Below are positions 13,337 through 26,700 of a stretch of 64,000 bases of DNA, piece by piece (the stretch's first letter is position 1; each line of letters begins with the position of its first letter). Location: assembly GCA_950097015.1 (NCBI GenBank), contig CATNEN010000038.1, forward strand, positions 34,348,001 through 34,412,000, written 5' to 3'. This DNA comes from Macrostomum hystrix (lineage: Eukaryota > Animalia > Platyhelminthes). The translations under genes and the position numbers were made by a program. The notes beneath the pieces were generated by a model that worked only from the letters and a program-made list of their open reading frames with translations, did not search any database and had not been told where the DNA came from.

Positions 13337-16300
13337 ATGATACTTCTTACAATGATTGCTCGTGTCTCTGATGGTCTGCCATTGGCTGCCTCAATTCACA
13401 ATGAAGATGTAAGTATTTTATGCAAACAGATGTAAAATGTTTTTGTTGAAACTATTATCAGGCCTAGCTTACAAAATATCAAACACGAATGTATTTCTAA
13501 GTCAAACCTAAAGCCGAGTCCCAAAGTTGAAAGTTAGCTGTTGAAAATTTAGTTTTGTATTTATTTCTGTTATTATTCTTATAGTATCAAGTTATTAACA
13601 TTATTAGCATTATTTAAGTTAGGAAACTATGTTGTATTTTCCATTTAGTTGTATGATCTAGTCTGTCAGTACAAGACTAGTGATAATATTTTCAATATAT
13701 ATATATTATGCCTATTCATTTTTATGTCTAGGCCTATAGATAGGCCTAGCAAGTATAGTCTAGGAAGGCTATATGACAATATGTCTAACCGTAGAAGTAT
13801 ATGTAATAGGCCATATTTGATTTCAGATTTCTATAGCTTTTTGGTCAATTCAAAACATTAGTTTTATTTCAACAACAAAGAACTTTGTAAAAAAAGCTAT
13901 TTTAGTATTTCAAGGAGAGTTTCTTAATAGAATTTAGAATGTACAAATGTAATTATGTTTCATAGCAACAAAAACAGAACATAGTAATTTTCACTGTTGC
14001 AAATTCAATGCTGCCATATTTGATATTTGTCATATTCATACTTGAGCCCCTGTTGCATTTTAATTTTCACTCCGAGTTTGCAGAAAACAAAACTAAACAT
14101 AATTAATTGACAAAGAAATCATTCTGATTTTATGAAAATAGGTTTAAGCTGTATACTAGTTTAAGCTAATTATTTTTTGACAGTTATCTATGCATATAAG
14201 CTAAACTAAGATAGAAAATATCAATAGATTGGCAGTTGTATAGTACTATGTTATTACCAAAGCTTTTTGTTCTCACTCAACTTTGATAAATAAGCACTTG
14301 TTATGATAATGTGTTGAAAGCTATAAATTTTTATTAAAAAGTAAAGAACTCGCCCATCTTTATTTGCATTTAGGCCTTCTTTCAACTCTTCTAGTTGATC
14401 CTCTTAAATATGCCCTTTGTTACATCATGATTTTTTTTTTATTTTGTTGTCATTAATACATACTTTTCCTAACCGATAACAATATAGTTTAGCTTGAAAA
14501 AAATCTAGAGAAACAAAATAATTTACAGGCTTTTATTTTCGAAAAAGCTTGTGTCTTAGCTAGAGTAGCTTATTGTAAATTAGATAAATTTAAATCCCAA
14601 AAATTTACTAAAACCAATAGGATTATTTAAATGGTTTAAGATGTAAAAGCATATTAAATGTCTTTAAATGTAAAAATGGGTTGAGGTATCTTGATTAGAC
14701 AAGTAGTTGCCACTATTGTGCAAGAAATTAAGTAGTTTTATTTTTGTGCACACCTAGTTATAGACCAATTCATAAAACCACAAAAATATACTATGAGACA
14801 TTTTCTGGATATTGAATAACAATTAAATACAGGAAATACAAGTACTTTTAATATGTGCCAAAACGCTTCCTTACAGCAATAACTGATAAATAATATTTTT
14901 GCCATTCAGAAATTTGTTTATTTCGGATAAAAAAGCAAATTTTTTATTTATATACCAAATACTTATTATTTTTCTATCAGTTAAATTGGCAATAATATTC
15001 TCAACTCTCTTTGCATTTTTATGTCTAGTATGTGAAAAAAGCAAACGAATTAGAGTGCAGTAAAATGCTGCTGACTTAAAGAAACAAATTTTGTGACATA
15101 TTTTTAATCATGAATATTAAATCTGTCTTTTCTCCCCTAAATCCAATTTTGATACAACAATCAGACTGCGCCAAACATGCCCGAGTACCAGAGCAAAGCT
15201 AAGCAACTGTTTCGTAGGCTCAATGCCACCTCGCCGTCACGCTGCAGCTTGGAGTCAGGTGCTTACACATTCCAGTGAGTAGTGAGCAGCTGGCCTTTCA
15301 TAGACACATCTGACACACTATCGATTGCTCAGTTCATAGACACGTCTGACACACGATCGATTGCTCAGTTCATAGACACATCTGACACACGATCGATTGC
15401 TCAGTTCATAGACACATCTGACACACGATCAATTGCTCAGTTCATAGACACATCTGACACACGATCGATTGCTCAGTTCATAGACACATCTGACACGATC
15501 GATTGCTCAGTTCATAGACACATCTGACACACTATCGATTGCTCAGTTCATAGACACGTCTGACACACGATAGATTGCTCAGTTCATAGACACATCTGAC
15601 ACACGATCAATTGCTCAGTTCATAGACACATCTGACACACGATCAATTGCTCAGTTCATAGACACATCTGACACACGATCAATTGCTCAGTTCATAGACA
15701 CATCTGACACACGATCAATTGCTCAGTTCATAGACACATCTGACACACGATCAATTGCTCAGTTCATAGACACATCTGACACACGATCAATTGCTCAGTT
15801 CATAGACACATCTGACACACGATAGATTGCTCAGTTCATAGACACATCTGACACACTATCGATTGCTCAGTTCATAGACACATCTGACACACTATCAATT
15901 GCTCAGTTCATAGACACATCTGACACACGATCAATTGCTCAGTTCATAGACACATCTGACACACTATCAATTGCTCAGTTCATAGACACGTCTGACACAC
16001 GATCAATTGCTCAGTTCATAGACACATCTGACACACGATCAATTGCTCAGTTCATAGACACATCTGACACACGATCAATTGCTCAGTTCATAGACACATC
16101 TGACACACGATCAATTGCTCAGTTCATAGACACATCTGACACACGATCAATTGCTCAGTTCATAGACACGTCTGACACACGATCGATTGCTCAGTTCATA
16201 GACACATCTGACACACTATCAATTGCTCAGTTCATAGACACATCTGACACACGATCGATTGCTCAGTTCATAGACACATCTGACACACGATCAATTGCTC

Positions 16301-17567
16301 AGTTCATAGACACATCTGACACACTATCGATTGCTCAGTTCATAGACACATCTGACACACGATCAATTGCTCAGTTCATAGACACGTCTGACACACGATC
16401 GATTGCTCAGTTCATAGACACATCTGACACACGATCAATTGCTCAGTTCATAGACACATCTGACACACGATCGATTGCTCAGTTCATAGACACATCTGAC
16501 ACACTATCAATTGCTCAGTTCATAGACACATCTGACACACGATCAATTGCTCAGTTCATAGACACATCTGACACACTATCGATTGCTCAGTTCATAGACA
16601 CATCTGACACACGATCAATTGCTCAGTTCATAGACACGTCTGACACACGATCAATTGCTCAGTTCATAGACACATCTGACACACTATCGATTGCTCAGTT
16701 CATAGACACATCTGACACACTATCAATTGCTCAGTTCATAGACACATCTGACACACGATCAATTGCTCAGTTCATAGACACATCTGACACACTATCAATT
16801 GCTCAGTTCATAGACACATCTGACACACGATCAATTGCTCAGTTCATAGACACGTCTGACACACGATCAATTGCTCAGTTCATAGACACATCTGACACAC
16901 TATCAATTGCTCAGTTCATAGACACATCTGACACACGATCGATTGCTCAGTTCATAGACACGTCTGACACACGATCAATTGCTCAGTTCATAGACACGTC
17001 TGACACACGATCAATTGCTCAGTTCATAGACACATCTGACACACTATCGATTGCTCACCAGCTCACATTATTACATTTCAATTTCATTTTCTCGCCAGCT
17101 ACCAGATCGATGCGGGCGTGTGCTACCTGGCCCTGACTGGCTGCAATTTCTCTAAGCGTCTCGCATTCGCCTACCTAGACGATCTCAGGCGAGAATTTGT
17201 CGAAAGATTCGAAGCCAGCCGTGTGGACTCAGCCGCCCGGCCCTATCATTTCATAGAATTTGAGCAGTACATTAAAAAAGCTCGCAAATCGTTTGTAGAT
17301 AGTCGGGCTTCTAAAAATCTGTCGATGCTAAGCACCGAACTTCAAGATGTTCAAAGAATCATGGTTGAGAATATGGACGAGGTCCTAGCCAGAGGTGAGA
17401 CATTGGCAACCCTTGACGACAAGGCTAGCCACCTGTCATCACTGTCTCGCAGCTATCGCAGCGAAGCCACGTATTTGAATTTGCGCTCCGTTTATGCCAG
17501 ATACGGCATCGCGTGTGTTGTCATCTTCCTGCTATTCTGCTACGTTTACTTCAAGTTCCTGTGGTAG
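13337..17567 (+). CDS. SEC22B: Vesicle-trafficking longin R-SNARE SEC22(b). Exons 13337-13408, 15165-15274, 17099-17567
   Basis: MILLTMIARVSDGLPLAAS, YQSKAKQLFRRLN, RPYHFIEF, ELQDVQRIMVEN, C-terminal TM helix. Intron phases 0 and 2 are consistent. Confidence 0.95.
15296..17057. repeat. 36-bp minisatellite (TAGACACATCTGACACACGATCAATTGCTCAGTTCA), ~49 units, filling SEC22 intron 2
   Basis: Tandem units read directly. Confidence 0.97.
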
Positions 17568-17734
17568 CCGGGCTTCTTGACAGACATTCTATTTGCGTTT
17601 TTTTCATGGAGCTCTGAATATGGTGATGGCAAGAGACAACTGCTAAAACTATCCTGCCAAACAGGGCAGGGTCACTTTCTCGTTTTTTTGCTTCGGTTTT
17701 TTTTATAGAGAATGTGCACTTTAGGAATTGTACA

Positions 17735-19150
17735 GTTAGGGATGCTACAGTTTAGGGAATGTGTAGGTAGGGATGGCATACAGTTTAGGGAATGTATAGG
17801 TAGGGATGGCATACAGTTTAGGGAATGTGTAGGTAGGGATGGCATACAGTTTAGGGAATGTGTAGTTAGGGATGCTACAGTTAAGGGAATGTGTAGGTAG
17901 GGATGGCATACAGTTTAGGGAATGTGTAGGTAGGGATGGCATACAGTTTAGGGAATGTGTAGGTAGGGATGGCATACAGTTTAGGGAATGTGTAGGTAGG
18001 GATGGCATACAGTTTAGGGAATGTGTACAGTGTAGGTAGGGATGGCATACAGTTTAGGGAATGTGTAGTTAGGGATGGCATACAGTTTAAGGAATGTGTA
18101 GTTAGGGATGGAATACAGTTTAGGGAATGTGTAGTTAGGGATGGAATACAGTTTAGGGAATGTGTAGGTAGGGATGGAATACAGTTTAGGGAATGTGTAG
18201 TTAGGGATGGAATACAGTTTAGGGAATGTGTAGGTAGGGATGGCATACAGTTTAGGGAGTGTATAGTTAGGGATGGCATACAGTTTAGGGAATGTGTAGG
18301 TAGGGATGGAATACAGTTTAGGGAATGTGTAGTTAGGGATGGAATACAGTTTAGGGAATGTGTAGTTAGGGATGGAATACAGTTTAGGGAATGTGTAGGT
18401 AGGGATGGCATACAGTTTAGGGAATGTGTAGGTAGGGATGGCATACAGTTTAGGGAATGTGTAGGTAGGGATGGCATACAGTTTAGGGAATGTGTAGGTA
18501 GGGATGGCATACAGTTTAGGGAATGTGTAGGTAGGGATGGCATACAGTTTAGGGAATGTGTAGGTAGGGATGGCATACAGTTTAGGGAATGTGTAGGTAG
18601 GGATGGCATACAGTTTAGGGAATGTGTAGTTAGGGATGGCATACAGTTTAGGGAATGTGTAGTTAGGGATGGCATACAGTTTAGGGAATGTGTAGTTAGG
18701 GATGGCATACAGTTTAGGGAATGTGTAGGTAGGGATGGCATACAGTTTAGGGAATGTGTAGGTAGGGATGGCATACAGTTTAGGGAATGTGTAGTTAGGG
18801 ATGGAATACAGTTTAGGGAATGTGTAGTTAGGGATGGCATACAGTTTAGGGAATGTGTAGGTAGGGATGGCATACAGTTTAGGGAATGTGTAGGTAGGGA
18901 TGGCATACAGTTTAGGGAATGTGTAGGTAGGGATGGCATACAGTTTAGGGAATGTGTAGTTAGGGATGGCATACAGTTTAGGGAATGTGTAGGTAGGGAT
19001 GGCATACAGTTTAGGGAATGTGTAGGTAGGGATGGCATACAGTTTAGGGAATGTGTAGGTAGGGATGGCATACAGTTTAGGGAATGTGTAGGTAGGGATG
19101 CTACAGTTTAGGGAATGTGTAGGTAGGGATGGCATACAGTTTAGGGAGTA
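17735..19150. repeat. 33-bp G-rich minisatellite (TAGGGATGGCATACAGTTTAGGGAATGTGTAGG), ~42 units, just downstream of the SEC22 stop
   Basis: Tandem units read directly; 11-aa periodic ORFs. Confidence 0.97.
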
Positions 19151-20725
19151 TGTCGTATAGGGAATACGCAGTTTAAGAAAATCCTATTTAGAGCACGTGC
19201 AGTTGAAGGAATTTGAAGTTAAGGTAATATTTTAGCCTGAACTGCCGATCTAAAATAGGGTATTAGCCGTGAGTGGCATTTTTGTGTTGATCTGTCAATC
19301 CGATCTCTTAACTATCATCGTAGTCTTCATTTTTACAGTGGCTAGAGCAAATCGATTCTCAATTCATGACAAGATATCGCAGGAAATTCACAGTTTCTTT
19401 ATGTAGTTTTCTTCGTTCAGTCTTAAATTTTACGAAATTAGAATTTTGATTTAGCATTCTTTGTCGCGTGATAGAGTGCGCGACTTCATTTGATTGGCTA
19501 TATTTTGATCAGTCTTTCTAATTATTTTGTTCGCGTCTAAATTGCAGTGCTGTGTAGTTGTGCCTTGATTTTTAATCAAATCAGCATAATAAAATGTTCA
19601 GATTTTTTATACTTATTTCTACGTGTTTAATTCTATTTTTGGTGCTTTTGCAATCTTTGCAAATTTGACAAATAAAAGGTTTTGTTTTTAATTTTTTAAT
19701 TTTGATTTTTTAAGTGCATCTTTTGTATATCTTTTTCTTTTTTAAATAGGTTTAAGCTGTTGGGTCTTTAGACAAGTCAGGCCTTCGCATCACACATAGT
19801 TCTGTATGCTATACACCAACTAATGAAAGTAGCTACCAATTCTACATTTCAGTGATATGAAGCTGCGCAGAACTAAGTGTCCAGTCTAAGGACACAAATT
19901 AATGTCCGTGGACTCTGAAAATCGAACTTTATAGTTTGTACCAGTTTTTTGGCAAAGTAATAAATTATTTATCAGTAGGAAGACCACGCTATTTTGCCCC
20001 CTGGGGAAGGTGCACAGGGGTATTCAAAATCACACTGCCTAGTTCGCGATAGCTCCCAAAACGAATGACCGATTTTCGTGACAGTCCACCATATGGATTA
20101 AAATTTTCCGCCCTAAACTATGAACTAATTTCCAAAGACGACTGATGTCGGCATCGTCGAAAAAGAAAAAATTAACATTTTAATCTTTTAATATCTCGAC
20201 GACGTTTTTGTGATTCTGGAATTTGTTTAATCGGATAGAGTGGAAAACTTTTGCCCGTGTTCTGGATTTTCATGCCGATTGGTTGCTTTTTTTTGTAGAT
20301 TCAGAAAAGAAAAACTTCGCGCATTTGAAATTATCCCCATGGCCTTTCTACTGTTAATAAAGCAGCTTTACTGACATTCCCAGACTCACAGACTCACATA
20401 TAAGTGCAATGTTCAGAAATACAGTTGCTCTAATGGGACCAAATAGTGGAGTGATAAATTTTATTTATGTGTTTGACGAAGAGCCATATGAGCTGTATAG
20501 ATTTACTACTTGTTTACTAAGCTCATGCCTATATTCTAAGACATAATATCTAGTGCATACATTTTTGTTGTTACAGCCAAAGCCTCAGGCCCAGTGGCAG
20601 TTTAGTACCAGCAGCAGCAGCAGCAGGTGTCTGCGGCGGAGGCTCAGCGGTTGTATCTGACTATTGATTAGCACTTAAAATAGCCCTTTAGCCTGTTTGA
20701 ACAAAATTTGCTGAATCACCCGAAA

Positions 20726-23700
20726 ATGAAGGGCTTCCTTTCTAAACTGGGCGGCGCGCCCAACTCCGGGTCGTCTCCGGCTTCGTCGGCTCCAGCTGGC
20801 GGCTCCTCTTCGCACGACGCTAGCTCCGGCGGCGGCTTCATTGGCAAAACTTTTCATCTGCACCGCTATCAGCTCATTGTTGAAGAGATGATCGCCGAGG
20901 GCGGCTTTGCCATTGTGTTTAGAGTGCGCAGCCTGCAGGACGGTAGAATATTTGCGCTCAAACGGACCTGCGTCAACAATGAGAATAGTCTGCAGATCTG
21001 TCAGCGCGAGATTACCATTGTGGTGAGAGATTGTACTTTTAGTTCTTTTGTCTGACTTTTTTAGTTATCATATACAACCCCCATTTCTAACCCTGTCGCA
21101 AGATGTTAAAAACCAACACCCTCGAGTGTCCTAGCTCATAAGAAAGACTCCCTTGTCTAAACAGGTCAACGACAAAGACACCCCCAATGAGTGTGTAAAG
21201 ATATTTGGGACAAATATGACTGAAGAGGTTAGGGACAAAGACACCTTGGGTGTGTGTTTTGCTGTCAGGGACAAAGACACCCCTGGGTGTGTTTTGCTGT
21301 CAGGGACAAAGACACCCCTGGGTGTGTGTTTTGCTGTCAGGGACTAAGACACTGAAGAGTTTTGCGTGTTGATCAGACACACGAAACTCCCACTTCTAGA
21401 CAATGGGGAACAATTGCCTAGGAACAGTCACGTGACACTTAATGCAATTGCTTCTTATTCCTTAAGTAGTTTGTCGTCTTCTGGGTCCTTGTAGTCCTTG
21501 TTCTTGTTCTTCTTATTCTGGTCGACCGTGAAGGTTTCGAGTCTGTGTTTCTTGAGTCTTTGTAGTCTTGTCTTCTTTGTCTTCCTGGCAGCTGCTTGAG
21601 TTTGTCTGTTGGCCAATAAATGACGAGAGCGAATCAGATTACTTGTCGGTTTCCTCGAGCTCCGAATTCACAATAAAAACGTGCGCCCTAGTGAACAATT
21701 GAAATCTCTCTTGTATATATCTAATGAGGTCCTCCTGAAGGGCGTCTTCTTCGTTACCTCCGAATGTTTTGTCCGGTGGACTTCCGGTGGACCGCTCCGA
21801 GTCTGAATTTTCAGCTCAGATTTTCGCTTGTATTTATAGTAAAATTTTGGGGGAAAACCGGTTCTACTACCGGGTGTTTACTTAGGTCACACATATTTGT
21901 TTAGTGAGTCATGATTGTGAGTTTTACCATATTTGGAATATTGTGTAAATACAAATGCAGAAACCGATGAGTCATAATTGTTTGTTTTACCATATTTGGA
22001 ATTCAAGCAAATCCAGCTGTCGAGAACCGGTTCTCCGGTTTCATGTCACATGACTTTGTTTCTAAAAATAGCGCATGACTCATTCCTAAAAATAGATTAA
22101 ACTTTCTATCTATGGTTTCCTTGTGATATTACTTTAAGTAGCGCGTTTAAGCAAATGGAATATTTTACTACTCTCTACAACACCCCTGGGAGTGTGTTTT
22201 GCTGTCAGGGACTAAGAAACCACTGTGAGTGTCTGAAGATGCCAGGGACAAAGACACCTCAATGAGTGTCTGAAGACGTCAGGGACTGTGTTAATGAGTC
22301 GATAAACTACAAACACACGTGAATGCGTCTTAGTTGAAAGGTTAATGTAAAAGATAATGTCTTTCACATGAAAGTAAAAGTCGTGTCTTAAATACGTAGC
22401 AATTTCGAAATTGAAGATTTTATGTTATGCTGTTATAATGTTATGGTTTCATTGTAGTAAATAAAATGCTAATATGAGTTTCTCATTTGTCGGCTTCGCT
22501 AGCTAATATCCAGAAATCTGTAGCTATTTTTAGATACTTTCGAACTGTCGAGATAATGGCCTGTCAAAATGTTCGTAAGTACTGAGCTCGCTGTTCATCA
22601 CCACCGCTCCCCACTCAACAATTTTCAGCGCTCCCTGACTCACAAAAACATCATCAAGTACGTTGACGACTGCGTTAATCACCTGCCAAATGGTGTCTAT
22701 GAGGTGTTGCTACTCATGGCCTACTGCAAGAGTGAGTATATGATTAACTATAAGACACACGATGATATTGATTAGCTTGTGTTGATGATAATCCCTTAAA
22801 CATATCTTAACAATGATTCCTAGTGTCACTAATGATCCCTTGCTTCGTATATGATCCCAATTAAGTCGTGTATGACCCCTATAGATTCAGTCATGACCCC
22901 TAAAAATTCAGTATGACCCTATAGATTTGCTTATGACCCTTAAAGATTCGGTCATGACCCTACAGATTTGGTTATGAAATCCATAGAATTGCTCATGGCC
23001 CCAATAGTTCACTCATGACCCCAAAAGATTCGTTCATGACCCAATAGATTCGGTTATGACCCTTAAGATTCACTCATGACCCCAAAAGATTCGCTCATGA
23101 CCCAATAGATTCGGTCATGACCCCTAAAGATTCGCTCATGACCTAATAGATTCGGTCATGACCCCTTAAGATTCACTCATGACCCCAAAAGAATTGCTCA
23201 TGACCCCAAAAGATTCGCTCATGACCCAATAGATTCGGTCATGACCCCAAAAGATTCGCTCATGACCTAATAGATTTGGTCATGACCCCTTAAGATTCAT
23301 TCATGACCTCAAAAGAATTACTCATGACCCCAAAAGAATCGATGATGACCTAATAGATTTGGTCATGACCCTAAAAGATTCGCACATGACCCAATAGATT
23401 CGGTCATGACTCCTATAAAATTGCTCATAACCGACCCATCGTGCCCGCAGACACAGTCGTTAGCCAGTTGAACGACTGCGCCCAGTCGGGCAGCCATCTG
23501 ACTGAAGCGCAAATTATGCGCATCTTCTGCGACGTCTGCGAAGCCGTCTCCCGCCTTCATCACTGCCACACTCCTGTGCAGCATCGAGATCTCAAAGTTG
23601 AAAATGTGCTCATTGACGACAGCGGCAATTATGTACTGTGCGACTTTGGCAGTGCCACCGTGAGAGTGCTTCAGCCCGCTCTTCAGGGCGCCGTGCCAGT

Positions 23701-26700
23701 CGATGAGGAGATACAAAAGTACACCACCCTGGCCTATCGGAGTCCGGAGATGGTCGACCTGTACTCTGGCAGGCATATAGACACCAAGGCGGATATCTGG
23801 GCATTGGGCTGCATGCTGTACAAGCTGGCCTATTTTAACCTGCCATTTGGCGAGAGCACACTGGCTATCAGTGCTGGACGATTGTGCATACCGGATAGGC
23901 CGGCCTATTCTGTTGAGCTGGGCAAACTCATGCGCTACGCACTACAGCCAGATCCTAGCCTGAGGCCGGATATCTTTCAAATCTGTCATCTGGCGTTTCA
24001 ATTGGCTGGCCGGAATAATCCGGTGCAAAATGTTAATGTAAGCTGAAAGTCTAGTACCAATTTGTTGCTAACTGTTTAGATGACGAAGCATTTTACAGTA
24101 GTATTTGCGTCATAGTTACTCTCGCCGTTTACTCAAAACAGTTTTTTATATATTGATCAACTGATTTAAATTAAAAATCAAAGGATGCCTTTCTCTTCTA
24201 TTTTTATCAGAAATCATCGATTCCTTGCTTCGATACTATCACCGCGCCACTGTCGGAGGGTGAAAGCCGTCGCGAGATCAGCAAATCGCCTAGCGTCGGG
24301 TTAGTATTCTGCCTGATAATCTGTAAGCTGGTCATTAGCTAGATCACTGAGCTGATCATTAGCTAGATCACTGAGCTGATCATTAGCTAGATCACTGACC
24401 TGGTCATTAGCTAGATCACTGAGCTGGTCATTAGCTAGATCACTGAGCTGGTCATTAGCTAGATCACTGAGCTGGTCATTAGCTAGATCACTGAGCTGGT
24501 CATTAGCTAGATCACTGAGCTGGTCATTAGCTAGATCACTGAGCTGGTCATTAGCTAGATCACTGAGCTGGTCATTAGCTAGATCACTGAGCTGGTCATT
24601 AGCTAGATCACTGAGCTGGTCATTAGCTAGATCACTGAGCTGATCATTAGCTAGATCACTGACCTGGTCATTAGCTAGATCACTGACCTGGTCATTAGCT
24701 AGATCACTGAGCTGGTCATTAGCTAGATCACTGAGCTGGTCATTAGCTAGATCACTGAGCTGATCATTAGCTAGATCACTGACCTGGTCATTAGCTAGAT
24801 CACTGAGCTGGTCATTAGCTAGATCACTGAGCTGGTCATTAGCTAGATCACTGAGCTGGTCATTAGCTAGATCACTGAGCTGGTCATTAGCTAGATCACT
24901 GAGCTGGTCATTAGCTAGATCACTGAGCTGGTCATTAGCTAGATCACTGAGCTGGTCATTAGCTAGATCACTGAGCTGGTCATTAGCTAGATCACTGACC
25001 TGGTCATTAGCTAGATCACTGAGCTGGTCATTAGCTAGATCACTGAGCTGGTCATTAGCTAGATCACTGAGCTGGTCATTAGCTAGATCACTGAGCTGGT
25101 CATTAACTAGATCACTTAGCTGGTCATTAACTAGATCATAGAGCTGGTAATGTGTACGTTATATACAATTGCGGAGGAACCCATTTTCCCATCATTTCAG
25201 CCGAATCGCTGCCAGTCAAGCACAGCCAGGTCCAATCGCTGTGATGGCACCGCCCCCGCATCCTCACAGTTCAAATGCACAGAAGCCACTGAATTCTCAT
25301 CCTCAGCAGCAGCAGCAGCAGCAGCAGTCACCGGTCAAGGTGGTACCGCAGGCACTTGCCGCACCAGCGTTGGCTGAGCCAGCACCTGCGCCCAGATCTG
25401 CCGTCAGACAACGGCCAAGGCCGCAGCAGCAGCCGCAGAAAGTTCCATGGGTCACATTGGAACCACTGCAGCCAAAACAGCAGCGGCAGCAGCAGGCGTC
25501 GTCTTCCTCGTCCGCGCCACAGCAGCCAATACCAACCGGCGCAGGCAATCGAAGCTCTTCGCTATTCGACGTTCGCGTTGGCGTCGAAATCACACCTCCA
25601 GGCTGGGTTGGCCTTGGCGAGGTGGGTTTGCTGAGTGGTTATTGGATATCACGGATCACGACATCAATATCATGGATTCCATCATCTAATATCACGGATT
25701 CGATCATCCATATCACGGATTCCATCAGCCATGTCATAGATTCCAATATCCGTATAATGGATTCCAATATCCATATCACGGATTCCATGAACCATATAAT
25801 GGATTCCATCAACCATTTCACGGATTCCATCAACGATATCATGGATTCCATCAACGATATCATGGATTCCATAAACGATATCATGGATTCCATCAACCAT
25901 TTCACGGATTCCATCATCCATATCACGTGTAATAGCTGCCACTGTGCCTTTAGCTTTACATCTGGCTAAAATGGGTTTTCTGCCTACCTAATGAAATATT
26001 ACTTTTCCAATTTCGTGCTCAATCTCTGCCCACTGATTTTTGCAGTCGCAGCTCTCTGGTTCACAAGATCAGAATGTTTCTATGTCGGCCATCGTAGCTG
26101 CACCTTCTGCTGTGTCTTCAGCAGCAACGGCAGCAGCAGCCGCCAGCCAGTCAGGCTCCTTGGACCGGATGCGCCACGTTTCGCAGCCGCCGCCGCCGCC
26201 AATCGTCGGCTGGAATCCGTTCGCCAGCGATGACGATCCGCCGTACCAAGCGCCTGCTTCGGCTGCTGACCGCGGCGTCGGAGCTGACGGTAACAGCTCG
26301 GAGGACGCGCTTGAGGACGCCATGTTCGGCTTGGAATTCGACCGGATTCGAAAGGCTGGCTCGCAGAGCAGTGAGTTTTGACCACTGTACCCCTGGGACT
26401 GATAGGCAGATCAACTGTCAGATTGATTGACGGGCCTTATTTAACTGGTTTACAGACAGGCAGGCAATAATAAACTGGTTTACAGACAGGCAGGCAATAA
26501 TAAACTGGTTTACAGACAGGCAGGCAATAATAAACTGGTTTACAGACAGGCAGGCAACAATAAACTGGTTTACAGACAGGCAGGCAACAATAAACTGGTT
26601 TACAGATAGGCAGGCAATAATAAACTGGTTTACAGACAGACAGGCTATGATAAACTGGTTTACAGACAGACAGGCTATGATAAACTGGTTTACAGACAGA

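Noticed and set aside
15296-17057. 36-bp repeat resembling a CRISPR repeat in length
   Set aside because: Units are head-to-tail with no unique spacers, there are no cas genes, and the context is a eukaryotic intron.
17735-19150. True telomere or interstitial telomeric tract
   Set aside because: TTAGGG occurs only embedded in a 33-bp unit, never as tandem hexamers.
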